Assembly: GCF_009914755.1 (NCBI RefSeq)
Contig: NC_060937.1
Direction: 5' to 3' (one strand)
Length of the DNA: 64,000 bases
Source of the DNA: the human T2T-CHM13v2.0 reference genome, Homo sapiens
Shown here: positions 1 through 14,821 of the stretch, in pieces
Layout of the letters: each line of letters opens with the position of its first letter
How positions within the stretch are numbered: position 1 is the first letter of the stretch
Program-made: the position numbers and the translations under genes
The notes under the pieces: model-generated
Database searches by the model: none
Seen by the model: the letters and a program-made list of their open reading frames with translations, nothing else
Told to the model about the DNA's origin: nothing

Positions 1-74
1 GTTCTAGTCTCAAAACTAGTTGACCTAAATGTCTTCAAATAAACTTTAAAGGATATGGATGGAGTTTTAAGCCA

Positions 75-740
75 ACTTTTAACTGAAAGTATAGCATATA
101 TATAGAAAAGCTCACAAATCATAAATGTTCAGCTGGATATACATTTTTTACAAAGGCTCACACATCCATGGGGCCAGGCCTCGGGTCAGACATAGAATCT
201 CACCAGGGGACTCCCTCACACACTTCCCAGCCCTTATCCCACCTCAGAGAATAGCCATCTTCCGACTTGTTCCAGTGTAGATGACCCTTGCCTGTTCTAA
301 GCTTTATATAAATGAGTTATATAATGTATCTGGATTCTTTTGCTCAGTGTTTGCTCGTGAGACTGTCCCTATTCTGAGTGCAGCCATATTATGGGGGTGT
401 AATGTGTGCGTACTGCCCTGCAATGCAGTACTCCCCTTTATGCACACACCACGAGGGGCATCTCCAAACAGCCGCTCCCAAGCATCGGGGCTGCTTTGGG
501 CTTGGGGCAGTGATGAACGATGCTGTTATAAACCTTCTTGTGCATGTCTTTAGGCACACATATACGCATTTCTGATTGGCATATATTTAGGAGTAGAATT
601 GCTGGGCCATAGAGTGTGCACATACTAAACTCAGAAGATGCTGCCAAACAGGTTTCCAAAACGGTTGTACGAATTTACACTCCCACGGGCTGCATATGAG
701 AGCTCCGTTGCTCACATTTGCTATCATAAATGTATTTTTA
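75..740 (-). mobile_element. old L1 (L1ME/L1MC-like) 3' fragment
   Basis: Degenerate antisense L1M 3' motifs such as gagtagaattgctgggccatagagt, tttccaaa and aatttacactcccac. Confidence 0.55.
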
Positions 741-1871
741 TTGCATGGAATTATTATAGTACTTGATGTATAGCTTTTCCAGGGTTTTCCAAAGAGTATA
801 ATCTTAGCCAGATACTAGCAAAAGAGTAATTAAGATGTAAGAACTATGTAAATTGTAAGCACTCAGAATATGTATTTACCACGCAGGATTCTCACAGATA
901 TCTTAAGATGCTGTTCAAATTAGGGAGGTCTATTCTTGATGCATGGAAGGTGTTGTGGATGAAATTCTTTTGCTTTATTTCTGCACAGAGTAATCTCATA
1001 GTAAGTTTAAATTACTGCAGGGATTTATCCCCAAGTCCTAACTGAGTGTCAATGTTGGGATGACAAAGACGGTCTAACCTTACACATCTGAACCAAGTCC
1101 TCATTTTCTCAGAGCCCAACAGGAGGCTGAACCCAGCGTCCCTGTCATGTCTCACCCTCTCAGAGGTGGCCTATGTAGTACCCACTCCAACATTGTTTCA
1201 GTTCTGCCCTCAAATGAAGCCAGAAGGTGATGGAGCTGTGGGAGGGGAGAGTGTAAGGTTGACAGTGTCTAAGCAAGCAGGACTTGACACAGATGACGAG
1301 GCTGTCTTTTCTATTCAGGTTCAGCTCATGAGCACTGGAGAGTTATAGAAACTTCTAGAATCAGCAGAATAGTTAAATTCACTCTCCTTTAATGCAAATG
1401 AAGAATGTCTTTCCTGGACTTCAGGAGTCACACTTCTCTTATGCCAGCTTCCTCTGAGAATTCCAGATATTCTCTGAGTAGAGGTGAATCTTCTGCCGGG
1501 TCTTCTGAAAGAGACCCCACCTCTCATCATGGGCTGCTCCTGACCTCTGCCCCCTGTGATAAATGAGCCAATTAACACTAAACTGGAGATTCCTCAGGGG
1601 TTTTAGGCTGGTTTTCCCAAGCCAAGTGTTACTCCTCAAATGTTCTCCATTCATCTTGTAGAAAGGGCCATGTTTGCAGGATTCCCAGCTCGCACGCAGT
1701 GGGTGATTGGTGGCTGTGGACAGAGCTTCAGGCCTGCAAAGATCTGATCGAGCAGAGCCAGGTTCTAGCAGGTGCTACCTAAATGAGTTGATTAGAGCAC
1801 GCTTTCTGGAACCAAAATAAAAAATGAATTGTTCCTATTGTTTTAAAGTTAGTTGTAATGAAGAATTCATT

Positions 1872-2512
1872 TAATTTTGTTGTGGTAAAATATCCATAAT
1901 CTGAAATTTACCGCTTAACCATTCTTAGGTGCACAGTTCAGTGGCATTAAGTGCATTTACATTGTTTCTTGTGCAACCATCACTATACTGTCTTCCTTCT
2001 CCAGAACTTTTTCTTCTTCCCAGACTAAAACCCTGTCCTCATTCAACACTGACTCCCCCTCCCCCATCTCCCCAACTCCTGGCAGCCCCCATTCTACTTT
2101 CTGTCTCTGTGACTTTGAGTCCTCTATGGACCTCATCTGTCTGGAGTCATACAGTATTTGTCCTTTTGTGGCTGGTGTATTTCACTTAGCGTAACATCCT
2201 CAAGGTTCATCTGTGCTATGGCACATGTCAGAGCATCTTTGCTTGTTGAGGATGGATAACACCCCATTGTTATCCATGGGGTGGATGACATGAAGGGCCC
2301 ACATTTTGTTTATTCATTCCTCTGTTGGTGGACATGGGTGGCTTCCACCTCTTGGCTATTTTGAATAATGCTCCTAGGAACATGGGTGTACTGATCTTTT
2401 TGAGTCTGCTTTCAGTTTTCTTGGGCATTTAGCCAACAGCAGAATTGCTGAATCCTATGATAATTCTAGGTTTAATTTTTTCAGGAGCTGCTATACTATC
2501 TTCCACAGTGGT
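1872..2512 (-). mobile_element. L1MB-like 3' end
   Basis: tgtggtaaaatat...aaatttacc...cagttcagtggcattaagt...cattctactttctgtctctgtga is typical antisense L1MB 3'UTR. Confidence 0.75.
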
Positions 2513-3049
2513 GAAAAATTCTCCTTGTGTCACTGGGACCTTTCCTTTGCCATGGCTTGTGTACATTCTCAAGTAGCTTTCAGAGTTATTTCAAAAGAAG
2601 TCGGGACCAGCGATGCCAGCATGGCTGAGCTTTTCACAAGTTTTACACCTAGAAATGGGTGGTACAGCAAGGTCCAAGGCAAAAAGATGGCTCCTCTGAC
2701 CTCTAGGACACCCCACACCCCACTCTTTGATCCAGAGGTGTTGGAGCCTGTGAGGAAGGATGAGGTGGCAAGGTGAGAATTGAAAAGCGTGATAGCAGAG
2801 ATGGGGAGTTCTGCAGAGGTGAACAAAGAATTCAGGAGATTCTGCAGAGGCAAAGAAAGAATCAGCAAACATGAAGATAGGGCCATAGGAGTGACCAAAA
2901 GCAAGGCACAAACAGGAACAGGGATTTTTAAAACAAGCACACAAAAAACCCAGAGCATGTAAGAGCTTTGGGAAATTATCGGACATGCTAACAGATGTGT
3001 AACTGGAATCCCAGAAGAAAAGAAAATCAGCAGAAGAAATATTTGAAGA

Positions 3050-4070
3050 TATTGGGGGAACCTGCTCCCCATATTTCAACATAGGTTCTTTTTATTTCCC
3101 ATAAGTGTCAGCCGGCTGAGAAATAAAGAGAAAGAGTACAAAGAGAGGAATTTTACAGCTGGGCCGCCAGGGGGTGACATCACATGTTGGTAGGACCGTG
3201 ATGCCTGCCTGAGTCTCAGACCAGCAAGTTTTTATTTAGGGTTTCAAAAGGGGAGGAGGTGTAAAACAGAGAGTAGGTACAAAGATCACATGCTTCAAAG
3301 GGCAAAAAGCAGAACAAAGATCACATGCTTCTGAGGGAACAGGACAAAAGGCAAAACAGAACTACTGATAAGGATCTATGTTCAGCTGTGCACGTATTGT
3401 CTTGATAAACATCTTAAACAACAGAAAACAGGGTTCAAGAGCAGAGAACCAGTCTGACCACAAATTTACCAGGGTGGAGTTTTTCCCCACCCTAATAAGC
3501 CTGAGGGTACTGCAGGAGACCAGGGCGTATTTCAGTCCTTATCTCAACTGCATAAGACAGACACTCTCAGAGCGGCCGTTTATAGACCTCCCCCAGGAAT
3601 GCATTCCTTTCCCAGGGTATTAATATTAATATTCCTGGCGAGGAAAAGAATTTAGCGGTATCTTCCCTACTTGCATGTCTGTTTATAGGCTCTCTGCAAG
3701 AAGAAAAATATGGCTCTTTTTGCCCAACCCCGCAGGCAGTCAGACCTTATGGTTGTCTTCCCTTGTTCCCTAAAAATCACTGTTATTCTGTTCTTTTTCA
3801 ACGTGCACTGATTTCATATTGTTTAAACACACATGTTTTACAATCAATTTGTACAGTTAACACAATTATCACAGTGGTTCTGAGGTGACATACATCCTCA
3901 GCTTATGAAGAAAACAGGATTAAGAGATTAAAAGACAGGTATAAGAAATTATAAAAGTATTATTTGGGAACTGATAAATGCCCATATTAAAATGAAATCT
4001 TCACAATTTATGTTCCTCTGCCATGGCTCCAGCCGGTCCCTCTGTTCGGGATCCCTGACTTCCCACAACA
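3050..4070 (-). mobile_element. MER11 (HERV-K11/HML-8) solo LTR with 6-bp TSD
   Basis: Minus strand begins TGTTGTGGGAAGTCAGGGATCCCGAAC...GCCATGGCAGAGGAACATAAATTGTGAAG and ends ...TTCCCCCAATA. Flanked by TGAAGA at 3044-3049 and 4071-4076. Confidence 0.9.
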
Positions 4071-4641
4071 TGAAGAGTTAATGTCCAAGAATATTTAAAA
4101 TTCATGGAAGACACCAAACCACAATCCAGAGAACACCCAGGAGGACAACCACTGCTAATAATACTAATAACCACAACAATAATAAACACTGGCTAGACCA
4201 AGCATAGTACAACTGCTGCTGGAAAAACAGAGAAAACAGGCACTGCAAACAGAGGAACAAAAAGAAAATCACAAACTTTGAATTAGAAACCATCCAAGAC
4301 AGAAGATAATACAGCGACATTTTAAAGTATTTAAAACAACATGCCTTTAAAGCTAGAATTCTATTTCAGCAAAAATAATCTTTCAAAAATGAAAGGCAAA
4401 TAGGAGACTTCAACTTCTGACCAAGATGAACTAACAAGAGCAAGATTAACCATCCCATGAGGAAAAAAAACCCAAAAGGAAAAACCAAAACATATGAAAC
4501 ATTTTCAAGATAGTGAGCATCAGGCAAGAAGGCCAGGGACCCAGAGAAATGGGCAACCAGAATTCGAAGCAAAGCAAACCCTAGAGATGTGAAGAGGGCC
4601 ACACTTCCAAGCACATGTGGAACATTTTAAAAAACAATTCT

Positions 4642-4940
4642 GCAGTGTGGTGGCTCACGCCTGTAATCCCAGTACTTTGGGAGGCTGAGGCAGGTGAATC
4701 ATGAGGTCAGGAGTTTGAAACCAGCCTGGCCAACATGGTGAAACCCCGTCTCTACTAAAAATAAAAAAAAATTAGCTAGGCATAGTGGCAGGTGCCTGTA
4801 ATCCCAGTTATTCAGGAGGCTGAGGCAGGAGAATCACTTGAACCCAGGAGGTGGAGGTTGCAGTGAGCCAAGATTGTGCTACTGTACTCCATCCAGTTGA
4901 CAGAGTGAGACTCCGTCTCAAAAAAAAAAAAAAAAAAAAA
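4642..4940 (+). mobile_element. AluS
   Basis: Dimeric Alu with poly(A) tail and imperfect TSD aaaacaattct / aaaaccattct. Confidence 0.95.
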
Positions 4941-5689
4941 CCATTCTCCACTGGGCCATAAAGGAAGTCTCAGCAAATTCCAATGACTAATATCATACAG
5001 ACCACATTCTCTGTCCACAATTCAATTAAGTTAGAATTTTTTAAAAAAAGAGATGTATTTTGAAACTGAAACACAATATAGAAGAACTCTTGAGTTGAAT
5101 TAACAATCATCATGAAAATTTAAGAATATTTAGAACTTACTGTGTATGCATTCCTAAAAAATATAGCTTAATTTTGCCTAAAGAAACTTGCCTAATTTTA
5201 TATAAATGTAATCATATTGAACTTATTATGTCTTGCTTATTTTGGCCAACATGTTTATAAAGTTTATCCACTTTGTTGCACATAGTTGTCTTTGTTTATT
5301 TCAATCAATTATCAAGTCAGGATTCTGATTACTTCTGAGACAGGAAGAAAGGAATTGTGATAGGAGCAGCACATGCGGGCTTATTTTGGGCTAAATTTCT
5401 ATGGCTTTGGTAAATAAAAGGATTATTTGCCAGATTGATGATTAGATTGAAAATAAATCTAATTGCATTTAGGTGTCCTGACCACATTTTATTCAAGAGA
5501 TTCACAGTGAAGTCTTTGCAATGTATACAATCATAATATAATGGAAAGGTACATATTTAAAGAACTTCCATTGTAAATTTCTGCAGTGACAGGTCCTTAC
5601 TGGAAACTAGTAATCACCTCCTTATTTCTGCAATTTAAGAATCTAGAAGTCATGCAAGTTTGCTTGTACTTGTGGCCACTGTAGAGTCT

Positions 5690-8600
5690 TTTTTGTCTCT
5701 TTTTACTGTTTTTGACTTAAAGTCTGTTTTATCTGATTTATATATAGCTATTCCTTCTCACTCTTAGTCTCTGTTTGCATGAAATATCTTTCCATCTCTT
5801 TATTTTCAGTCCATGTGTATCTTTACAGGTGAGATGAGTTTCTTGTAGGCAGCATATGGTTGGGTCATTTAAAAAAAATCTATTCAGCCAATCTGTATCT
5901 TTTAATTGAAAAGTTTAATTTGCTTACATTCAAGGTTATTTTTGATACCTGAGAGCTTATTCCTGTCATTTTATAATTGATTACTGGCTGTTGTGGATAC
6001 CTTTTGTTCCTTTCCTTCTCTTTTATTTTTTATTATTATTGTTTGCTGGTTTTCTGTAGTGGTAACATTTGAATCCTTTCGTTCCTTATGTATTTTCTCT
6101 ACCAGTGGGTTTTATACTTTTGTGTGTTTTCATGATGGTAGATATCGTCCTTTCACTTCCAGGTTTAGGACTTCCTTAAGCATTTTTTTTATGGCTAGTC
6201 TAGTGATAATGAATTCTCTCAGTGTTTGCTTGTCAGAGAAAGACTTTATTTTTCCTCCATTTATGAAAGAGAACTTTGCTGAATCTAGTATCCTTGGTTG
6301 CCAAGTTTTTTTTTTCTTTTGGCACTTTGAATATATCATCCCATTCTCTCCTGGCCTATAAGGTTTCTGCTGAGAAATCTGCTGTTAGTCTAATGGGAAT
6401 TCACTTATAAGTGACTAGACACTTTTGCTGTTTTCAGATTTCTCTCTTTGTCTTTGACTTTCACCCTGACCATAATGTGCTGTGGAGCAGACCTTTTTGA
6501 ATTGTATCTATTTGGAGATCTCTGAGCTTCCTGTATCTGGATGTCTAAATCTTTGGCTAGATTTGGGAAGTTATCAGCTATTATTTTGTTAAATAGATTA
6601 TCTTTCTGTTTCACTTCCTCTTTGCCTTCTGGAACACTGAAAATTCAAATATTTGGTCACTTTATAGTGCCCCATATGTCATATAGGCTTTATCCATTCT
6701 TTTTTTTTTCTTTTTGTATGACTGGGTTATTTCAAAAACTTATCTTCAAGTTCTGAAATTCTTCTGCTTGATCTAGTTTATGTTGATGCTTTCAAATGTA
6801 TTTTGTATTTCATTCAATAAAGTCTTCAGTTCCAGTTTTATTTTTGTGTGTTGTTGTTATTTGTTTGTTTAGAGACAGGGTTTCGCCCTGTTGCCCAGGA
6901 TGGAGTGCGGTGGTGTGATCATGGCTCATTGTAACCTTGTACTCCTGGGCTCTAGCAAGCCTCTTGCCTCACCTTCCCGAGTAGCTAGGGCTACAGGCAT
7001 ACATCATCATGACTGGCTAATTTTTTTTTGTTTTATGTAGAGACAAGATCTTGCTATGTTGCCCAGGCTGATCTTGAACTCCTGGCCTCAAGCCATCCTC
7101 CTGCCTTGTCCTCACAAAGGAATGGAATTACAGGTATGAGTCATCAGGCCTGGCCCAGAATTTCTGTTTGTTTGGTTTTTTTTTTTAATAATGTATATTT
7201 CTTTGATAAATTTTTCATTCATATCCTGAATTGTTTTTCTGATTTCTTTGTATTATTTATCTATGTTCTCTTATATCTCACTGAGCTTCTTTAATATCAT
7301 TATTGTGAATTCTCTCTCCAGGATTTCATATATTTCTTTTTATTGAAATATGTTGCTGGAGAATTATTGTGTTCTTTGAAGGTGTCATATTTCCTTGCTT
7401 TTTCATGTTTCTCGTGTCCTTATGTTGACATCTGCACATCTGGTATAACAGTCACTTCTTCCAATTTTTTGAATTTGCTTTTGTAGGGATGGACTTTTTC
7501 CTGAAGATGTATTTATGGTTTGTTGAGTAGGCTGGGATAGGAAGTTTGGTTTTGATTCTGAGTACGTGCAGTAGTGAAGTCTCTGTATGGTTTCTTCAGC
7601 TGTAAACAGTGTCATTGGTGTCTCTGATTTCTTCAGTGGCTTAGGGTGTGGTTGTTAGTGGATGCTATGGTTAAGTTTTATTGGGGATGGAGATGCCAGG
7701 TTGGCCAGTCCTTGGGACCCAGTGGTGATAGTGATGGACCAAGTGTGTCTGTCCTTGGGCTTGGGTTGTGCATGCTGGCACTATTGTTAGCAGGTCCAGG
7801 TGGGCTGATTCTTGGTGTCCTCCAGGTGACTTGCTTGGGTGCCAGCAGTGGGAGAGGTAGGCTGGGCAGGTGGGCAGGTCTTTGGACCCCTTGGCAGTGA
7901 GCGTGGTGTTGGTGATGGCAGTAGCAGTGGTGGGACAACCCTCTGGCTCCCAAGTGGTCTGTGCTGCTATTGGCAGTGGCTGAGACAGGAGGGGTGGTTC
8001 AGTCCCCAGGCCTTCATGTGGTACATGCAAGAAGGGGTGGTAGTATGTGGTGGTGGTAGTGGGAGTTTGGGTGGGTCCATCCTCAGGCCCTGGGAAGAGT
8101 GCTCAGGTGGCAGTGATGGTGAATGGAGCAGGGCGATCCCCAGGCCCCAGCACAGTGTTCTCAGGCACTATCGGAGAGTGGAGCTGGTATCTGCCCTCAG
8201 GCCCCCCGGTGGTGCATGTGGGCACTGGCTGTGGTAGGCAGGGACAGGGTGCTCCCCAATCCCCCTGCAGGATGCTAGTGTGGGGTTCGCAGCAGCTGCA
8301 TTATGGCCCTGCTGCTGGGGAGGGCAGGGTTGCTTTCAGTGGCAGCAGCCCTTGACAAGCAGCTGGGCGTGCGGGCTTCAGCCCCAGGTGTGAGTGAGGT
8401 TGTGAGTGGGGAGTCTGTCCTCCTGGTGCTTGTAAATGCACAACAGCCCCGCTACTGGGGGTGGTGGAGTCAGTCACCAGGGCTTGCACTTTGACCCTGG
8501 TTGCAGCAAGCAGTAGGAGTGGTGGCCACAGATGGGGGATATCAGTGGGGCTCCAGGAATGTGGAGATACAGGAGCTGTTGGGCCCCCAGTCAGGATGCA

Positions 8601-9042
8601 GTTTGGTGGGGGCTGAGCTTCTTAAAACAGTGCTGTGCTGTAGCTGCTTATGGCTGTGAAGGTGGGGGGCGTAGGACCCAGCATGACCTTCCTCTCTGGA
8701 GCGGGGCAGTCACATGGTCTCTAGCCAGCTCCCTGTGTTAGTGTCATGGCCCAAGAGGGCTGAGAGCGTCTCCCATGCCTAGGATTGCAGGCGTCCATGG
8801 GGAGAATGTGGACTGCTGGGGCCTCTCACTTACCCTTTCCCTGCCTGGGGAAGCTCAGCAGAGCAGGCTGCCTCAGTCCCTCTACTCCCTTGCTTTTGGT
8901 GCTTCCCGTCACTTCTCTGTTGAATATCAGTGTTCTGGCTTGGGAGATCTATTCTAAGTGTGATTCTATACCCCCTCTTTTTGTTTATTCATGGAGGAGG
9001 CAAGTGCCGGGTGCCTCCAGTCAGCCATCTTGAAGCAGCTCT
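5690..9042 (-). mobile_element. L1 5' half (5'UTR, ORF1, start of ORF2), L1MA/L1PB age, decayed
   Basis: Minus-strand ORF1 peptides LDIQIQEAQRSPNRYNSKRSAPQHIMVR and WQPRILDSAKFSFINGGKIKSFSDKQTLREFI. L1 5' terminus AAGATGGCTGACT near 9020-9032. Confidence 0.88.
6836..7155 (-). mobile_element. AluJ inside L1 ORF1
   Basis: Diverged antisense dimeric Alu with J-type features (cttgctatgttgcccaggctg). Confidence 0.9.
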
Positions 9043-9056
9043 AGAACCTTCTTTAA

Positions 9057-9449
<393 letters not shown>

Positions 9450-10189
9450 TAGTAAAATGCAAGCACACTAAAGTAACTAAATGTAATGATTAAATCAAGT
9501 AATAAAACGTGTTTGTCTCTGGCATTTTAGAAACATCCCTACGTTCTGCAAAGAATCCCATTTTTTGTTGACTTTCTTAAGCCAAGGCACAACTCCCTCT
9601 GACTCCTCCCGAGTGTGAGCCCGTTCCATCTGCAGCCAACACTTCCGGAAAAAGAGAAGAGAGGGGAGAAACACCATCTCATTGTTGGCATGTGGTGTGA
9701 CGAGCCAAGTGATGGCCCTTCCCACTCGGTCTTCAGCGCTGAGAGGAGCGTTTCTTCTCCCCAAGAAAACACATCCAGTGATTGACCTCAGCCACTTTAT
9801 CCTGGGCTGACCATGGGATTAGGACCACAAAGAAAATATGATCAAGGGGTTATGACTCTTAGGCAAAAATAAAGATTCTATTTTATTGTTTTTAAATACA
9901 GACATTTTATTAAGAAGTTAAACATTCTATAAATTTCAATCTCACTAACGGATATTAGAAATTTTTAGTTATTAAAGTACTCATGAGATGTTTTAAAATT
10001 AAGCATCTATCTTGATAAATGAACTCTAAGTAATACCATCTAAATGCATGGACTTGGGTTTTGGGGGTGAATGCTGGAGCAGTTTGCAAACTTGCAGCTA
10101 TACAGTGTATCGATTACAGGCATTTTATAGCCACAAACTCAGGTGTGCCAAGATGAAACTTCACTTTTTCATGATTTTTAAATGTTATT

Positions 10190-10446
10190 GGAGACAAGGT
10201 TTCTGTCGCCCAGGCTGAAGTGCAGTGGTGTGATCATAGCACAGTGTACACTTAAACTCCTGGGCTCCTGGGCTCAAGAGATCCTCCCACCGCAGCCTCC
10301 CAAGTAGCTGAGACCACAAATGTGAGCCACTAAACCCAGCTAATTTTAAAAAAATTTTGTTTGTAGGGACAAGGGTCTCACTATGTTGCCCAGGCTGGTC
10401 TCAAACTCCTGGGCTCAAGTGATCTTCCCACCTTGGCCTCCCAAAA
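10190..10446 (-). mobile_element. AluJ, truncated
   Basis: Diverged antisense Alu body. Confidence 0.88.
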
Positions 10447-11754
10447 TGCATATATTTAAGTTACAGATAATTAGGATACAGAGGAGCCAACAGTCACCAT
10501 GCAGGTAAAGAGGAGTAAGTCACCAATGCATGGAGCTCCCCATGTGCCCCTCCCTGACCCCATCGCTGCCTTCCTGACCTCACCAGGAGTAACCCTACCC
10601 CAAACTGTGGGTTTGTTATTCTCTTCCTTTTTATTTGAGCTTTATTAATATATCTGAAATGCTAACCAGTATATTGTTTATTTTTCCCTAATTTTACCCT
10701 ACATATAACTGGAATTGTATTGTATTTTTTCAGTGACTTGGTTGTTTCTGCTCATGCCTGAGATTTATACATTCTGCTGGTAGAACTGTGCAGTATTCAC
10801 ATTTCACTGCTTTGCAGTACTCCAGTGTGTGGATATATCACAATTCTTCTAAAATCCGTTCTTTCATATTTTTATCTTGAAAAAATTTCAAAACTAGAGA
10901 AAAGTTGAAAGAATTGCACAATGAGCACCATATGCCTTTCACCAAGTTTCCCAAGTCAGTAACGTGTTGGCGCATTTGCCTTCTCTCTCTTCAGTAATTT
11001 TCTTCTCCCTGAACCACGTGAAATTCTTTGTAGACATCATTACATTTCGCCCCTACATATTTCAGGGATACATTTTCTATGAATGGGGATATTCTCCTAC
11101 AGAAACACAATGTCATTATTATACACAAGAAAACTAACTTCAACTCAATAATATTATCTAATAGGCAGTCCATGTTCAAATTTTTTGAGCTGTCTGAAAA
11201 ATGCCTTTATATGGCTGTTTTTCAATTCCGGAGCCACTGAGGACTCCCTCATTGAATGTTGGGTTTGCCTTTCTCAAGTGAGCTCTAAATCCCTCAGGAA
11301 TTTTATTTTTCGGTTGTGGAATGAAGTAGGGGTTGCATTTTGATTTTTTTCCACATGGACAACCAAGGCCATCACCATCTGCTGAACAGGCCACCGCCCT
11401 CTCTGGCCTGGAGTGCCTCATTCACATCAGGGGCCCATCCGCGAGTGTGAGCTGAGACCCCACCAGTCCCCCGGCCTGCGCGGCTGCAATCACACCAGTG
11501 CTGCTGTGCTAACCGCTGCAGCTTCACACTCATTCCCCACAGCCCTGGAGGCAAGCACCCCGCCCTGCCCTCCCTCCCGCACGTCCTGGCTGCTTTCCCC
11601 CCTTTCCTTTTCCACCTGACTTTTGGAATCAATTTGCCAACTGGGATTCTTAGTAGAATTACTTTGAATATGTGGATCAATTTGGGGAAAATTATACTTT
11701 TATGGCAGGGTATATCTCCATTTAAGCCTTCTTTAATGTCAGCTCATTTTATAG

Positions 11755-12111
<357 letters not shown>

Positions 12112-12545
12112 TAAGTATCTTTTATCACAATGTAGCTATCTATACCTTTTGATTACACTTAAATCTTTGTTACTGGAATATACGAATAAAATCGACTTTC
12201 CTTATGTGATTTTCTATTCAGCAACCTTAGACATTTTATTTACTTTGTTCAGTTATTCCTAGTTTTTTGGGTGGCAGAGAGTTTTTTGGGGGATGGGGAA
12301 CACTTTTCAAGGTGTTTCGTGTAGATAATCATATCATTTGTAAATGAAACAATTTTATTTATTTCTTTAAAATCTTATGCTTTCTATTTCTTTTTATTTT
12401 TGCCTTTTATAATTGGCTATAATCTCTTATATATTGTTGAATAGAATTGGAGACAATGGATATTTCATCGCCCCGTAAATGGGGAAATTTCCACTTTTTT
12501 CACAGATATGCATGATTTTGCTGTAGAGTCTTGGTAGATATCTCC

Positions 12546-12888
12546 TGTGGTTTGAATGTGTCCCCTCCAAAATTCAGCTGTTACCAATATGGTGATACCA
12601 AGAAGCAGACCTTTGAGAAGAGATTAGGCCATGAGAAGTCCTTCCTCCTGGAAGGGATTAAAACTCTTGAAAAGGAGGCTTCACTCAGCGATTGGCCCCT
12701 TGGCCTTGTTCCTCCTGCCCTGCAAGGACACAGCGTTCCTCCTCTCCGGAGAATGCACCCCTCCCCAACACCAAATTCCAGCACCTTGATCATGGATTCG
12801 CAGCCTCCAGAGCTGTGAGAAATACATTATCATTCTTTGTAAATGGCCTAGTCTGAGGTGTTCTGTGATAGCAACCACAAGCTGAGGG
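12546..12888 (+). mobile_element. MaLR LTR (MSTC/MSTD-like)
   Basis: tgtggtttgaatgtgtcccctccaaaattca ... cagcctccagagctgtgagaaatacatt. Confidence 0.8.
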
Positions 12889-13289
12889 AGATAATACCCT
12901 TTCACATGCTAAGGGAGATTCTTTCCGCTCATAATTTGCAGAGTTCTTATGATGAAAGTTGAATGCTAATGATTTATTTTTCCACCCACTGAAGTTTGTC
13001 CTATTAAACTGACCAGGAACTCAAGGGATAAACCTGAATATTTGTGTTTGCTATTTTTGTATACATTGATTTGCAAATGATTTCTGTACAGTTTTGATGC
13101 TCACGTTTGGGAGTGACATGGGCCTGCAAATTTCCCTTCTCATACAGTCCTTGCTGGGTGCAGATGCCAAAGTGATGCTAGATCAATCATACGAGTGGGG
13201 AGTGTTCCCGTTTTGCACAAGTCCAAGGAGGCCAGACTGCAGAAGTGCAAATCTTGCCACAGACAACTTTCTGTGAGACAGACACATTC

Positions 13290-14780
13290 CCCCACTCCCT
13301 GTGTGAAATGGTCATCTTAATGCCCCTTGATAGTCAGGATCAATCACCCCGGTCATAACAAGAACCCTCTTCTTTCCCATAAGTTCGTTGGCACGAGGAG
13401 GCCAAAGTGACCAGGGGCCAGCATCCTCCAATGCCATAACACATGCATGTGTGTCCTCCAGTACAGGATGGGCGTGTCTTCCTTCTGTGACTGGGAACTA
13501 AGACCCCAAGTAGCTGGGATTACAAGTATGCACCACCACGCCTGGCTAATTTTGTATTTTTAGTAGAGATGGAGTTTCTCCATGTTGATCAGGCTGGTCT
13601 CGAACTCCCGAACTCAGGTGATCCACCCGCCTCGGCCTCCCAAACTGCTGGGATTACAGGTATGAGCCACTATGCCCAGCCCACAAAGGTGTCTTTCCAG
13701 TGAGGACAGATCACTGCCCATTCCCTTGTGGACCAGTGTAATCAGGCGGCCACCCAGTCCTCCCAGGGCATGGTGCCCCACAGCATCTGGGCATGAGGCT
13801 TCGGTATTGACAGGTAGCCCCCTCCACAGGGGCTGCAGCCAGATGGGCCTTGATGAAGGAAGGCTTGTGGCATTGAGCTGGTGCATAACCACCATCCCTG
13901 CTACCACAGGCCTTCTTTTTTGTGAGCCCACTCAACAAGGACCCAGGGGCTAAAGAGAGAGGCTGACACCCACAACATGGATTGCCATGTCCACCTCACC
14001 ATTGGGCACCTGCCTACTATGGTTGGCTTGGCCTTGGAGACCCTTCCCATGGGACACACATATCTCTTTAACACACCCATTCCATTCTGGAAGTCACCTG
14101 CAGTACCTTTATCTTAGACTTCCCTGTCCTCAAAGTCCCAATCTTACTCCTTTCCAGTTCCCAGAATCCACATCAGTCCATATCTCTGCATCTCTCTCTT
14201 CCCAGAAGAAGTGAAAAACTAGGTGCACTGCTCCCAAGTATTTCCACAGAGAAGAAAAGCTCCCCCAGCGTCCTCCTGGCTGCCCTGAATGAAGCTGTCC
14301 TAATGCTGCAGGCATCCACTTGCAGGGGGTGTCATCTGGCAGCATTGCTGGTTTCCCTGGAGCAGTGTGAGACTTCATGCCCAAATGTGGTATATTGTGT
14401 TCCCAGCATCCAGAGAAGCCTGCTGGGCTTCATGCCTCTTCTTGGCGTCAGAACGGACAAGATGTAGCAACCCTTTCTTCACCTTTTGTAGGGTGCCCCA
14501 GACCACTGGACCCTTACAAAGTTCATCAGTATCACAGGTCTCTGAAATTTTCGTGGAGTTTATTTCACTTACTCTGGTATGAATGAACATTACCAGTTGG
14601 TTTAATGCATTTACTATTTTCTGCTCAAAAGACCCACTCAGTGAGGCCATCAATATAGAGGATCAGCTTGATGTCTTTCAAAACAATGAAGGGCCCCGAG
14701 ATTAGGTTATGGCCAAGCTAGACAGCTGCCATGGCGCTGAGTGCAAGTGACGATGCAGTAGTGCTCCTGCTGGGTAAGTA
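13290..14780 (-). mobile_element. ERVL-class internal (pol) remnant with an inserted Alu fragment (13506-13681)
   Basis: Minus-strand peptide EINSTKI...KVKKGLLHL resembles ERVL RT (EINPTKIQGP...KVKDKLLHL). Many frameshifts. Confidence 0.7.
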
Positions 14781-14821
14781 AATAGCTGCCAGAGACCATT
14801 TCTAATGTGTGTTAGGAAAAA

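Larger units (their letters stand above)
2780..5140 (+). mobile_element. degenerate L1M ORF1 / early ORF2 fragment, interrupted by MER11 and an Alu
   Basis: A-rich L1-like motifs (ggaatcccagaagaaaag...gaaatatttgaaga, ctagaattctat, acattctctgtccacaattcaattaagttagaa) continue across the inserted elements. Confidence 0.6.
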
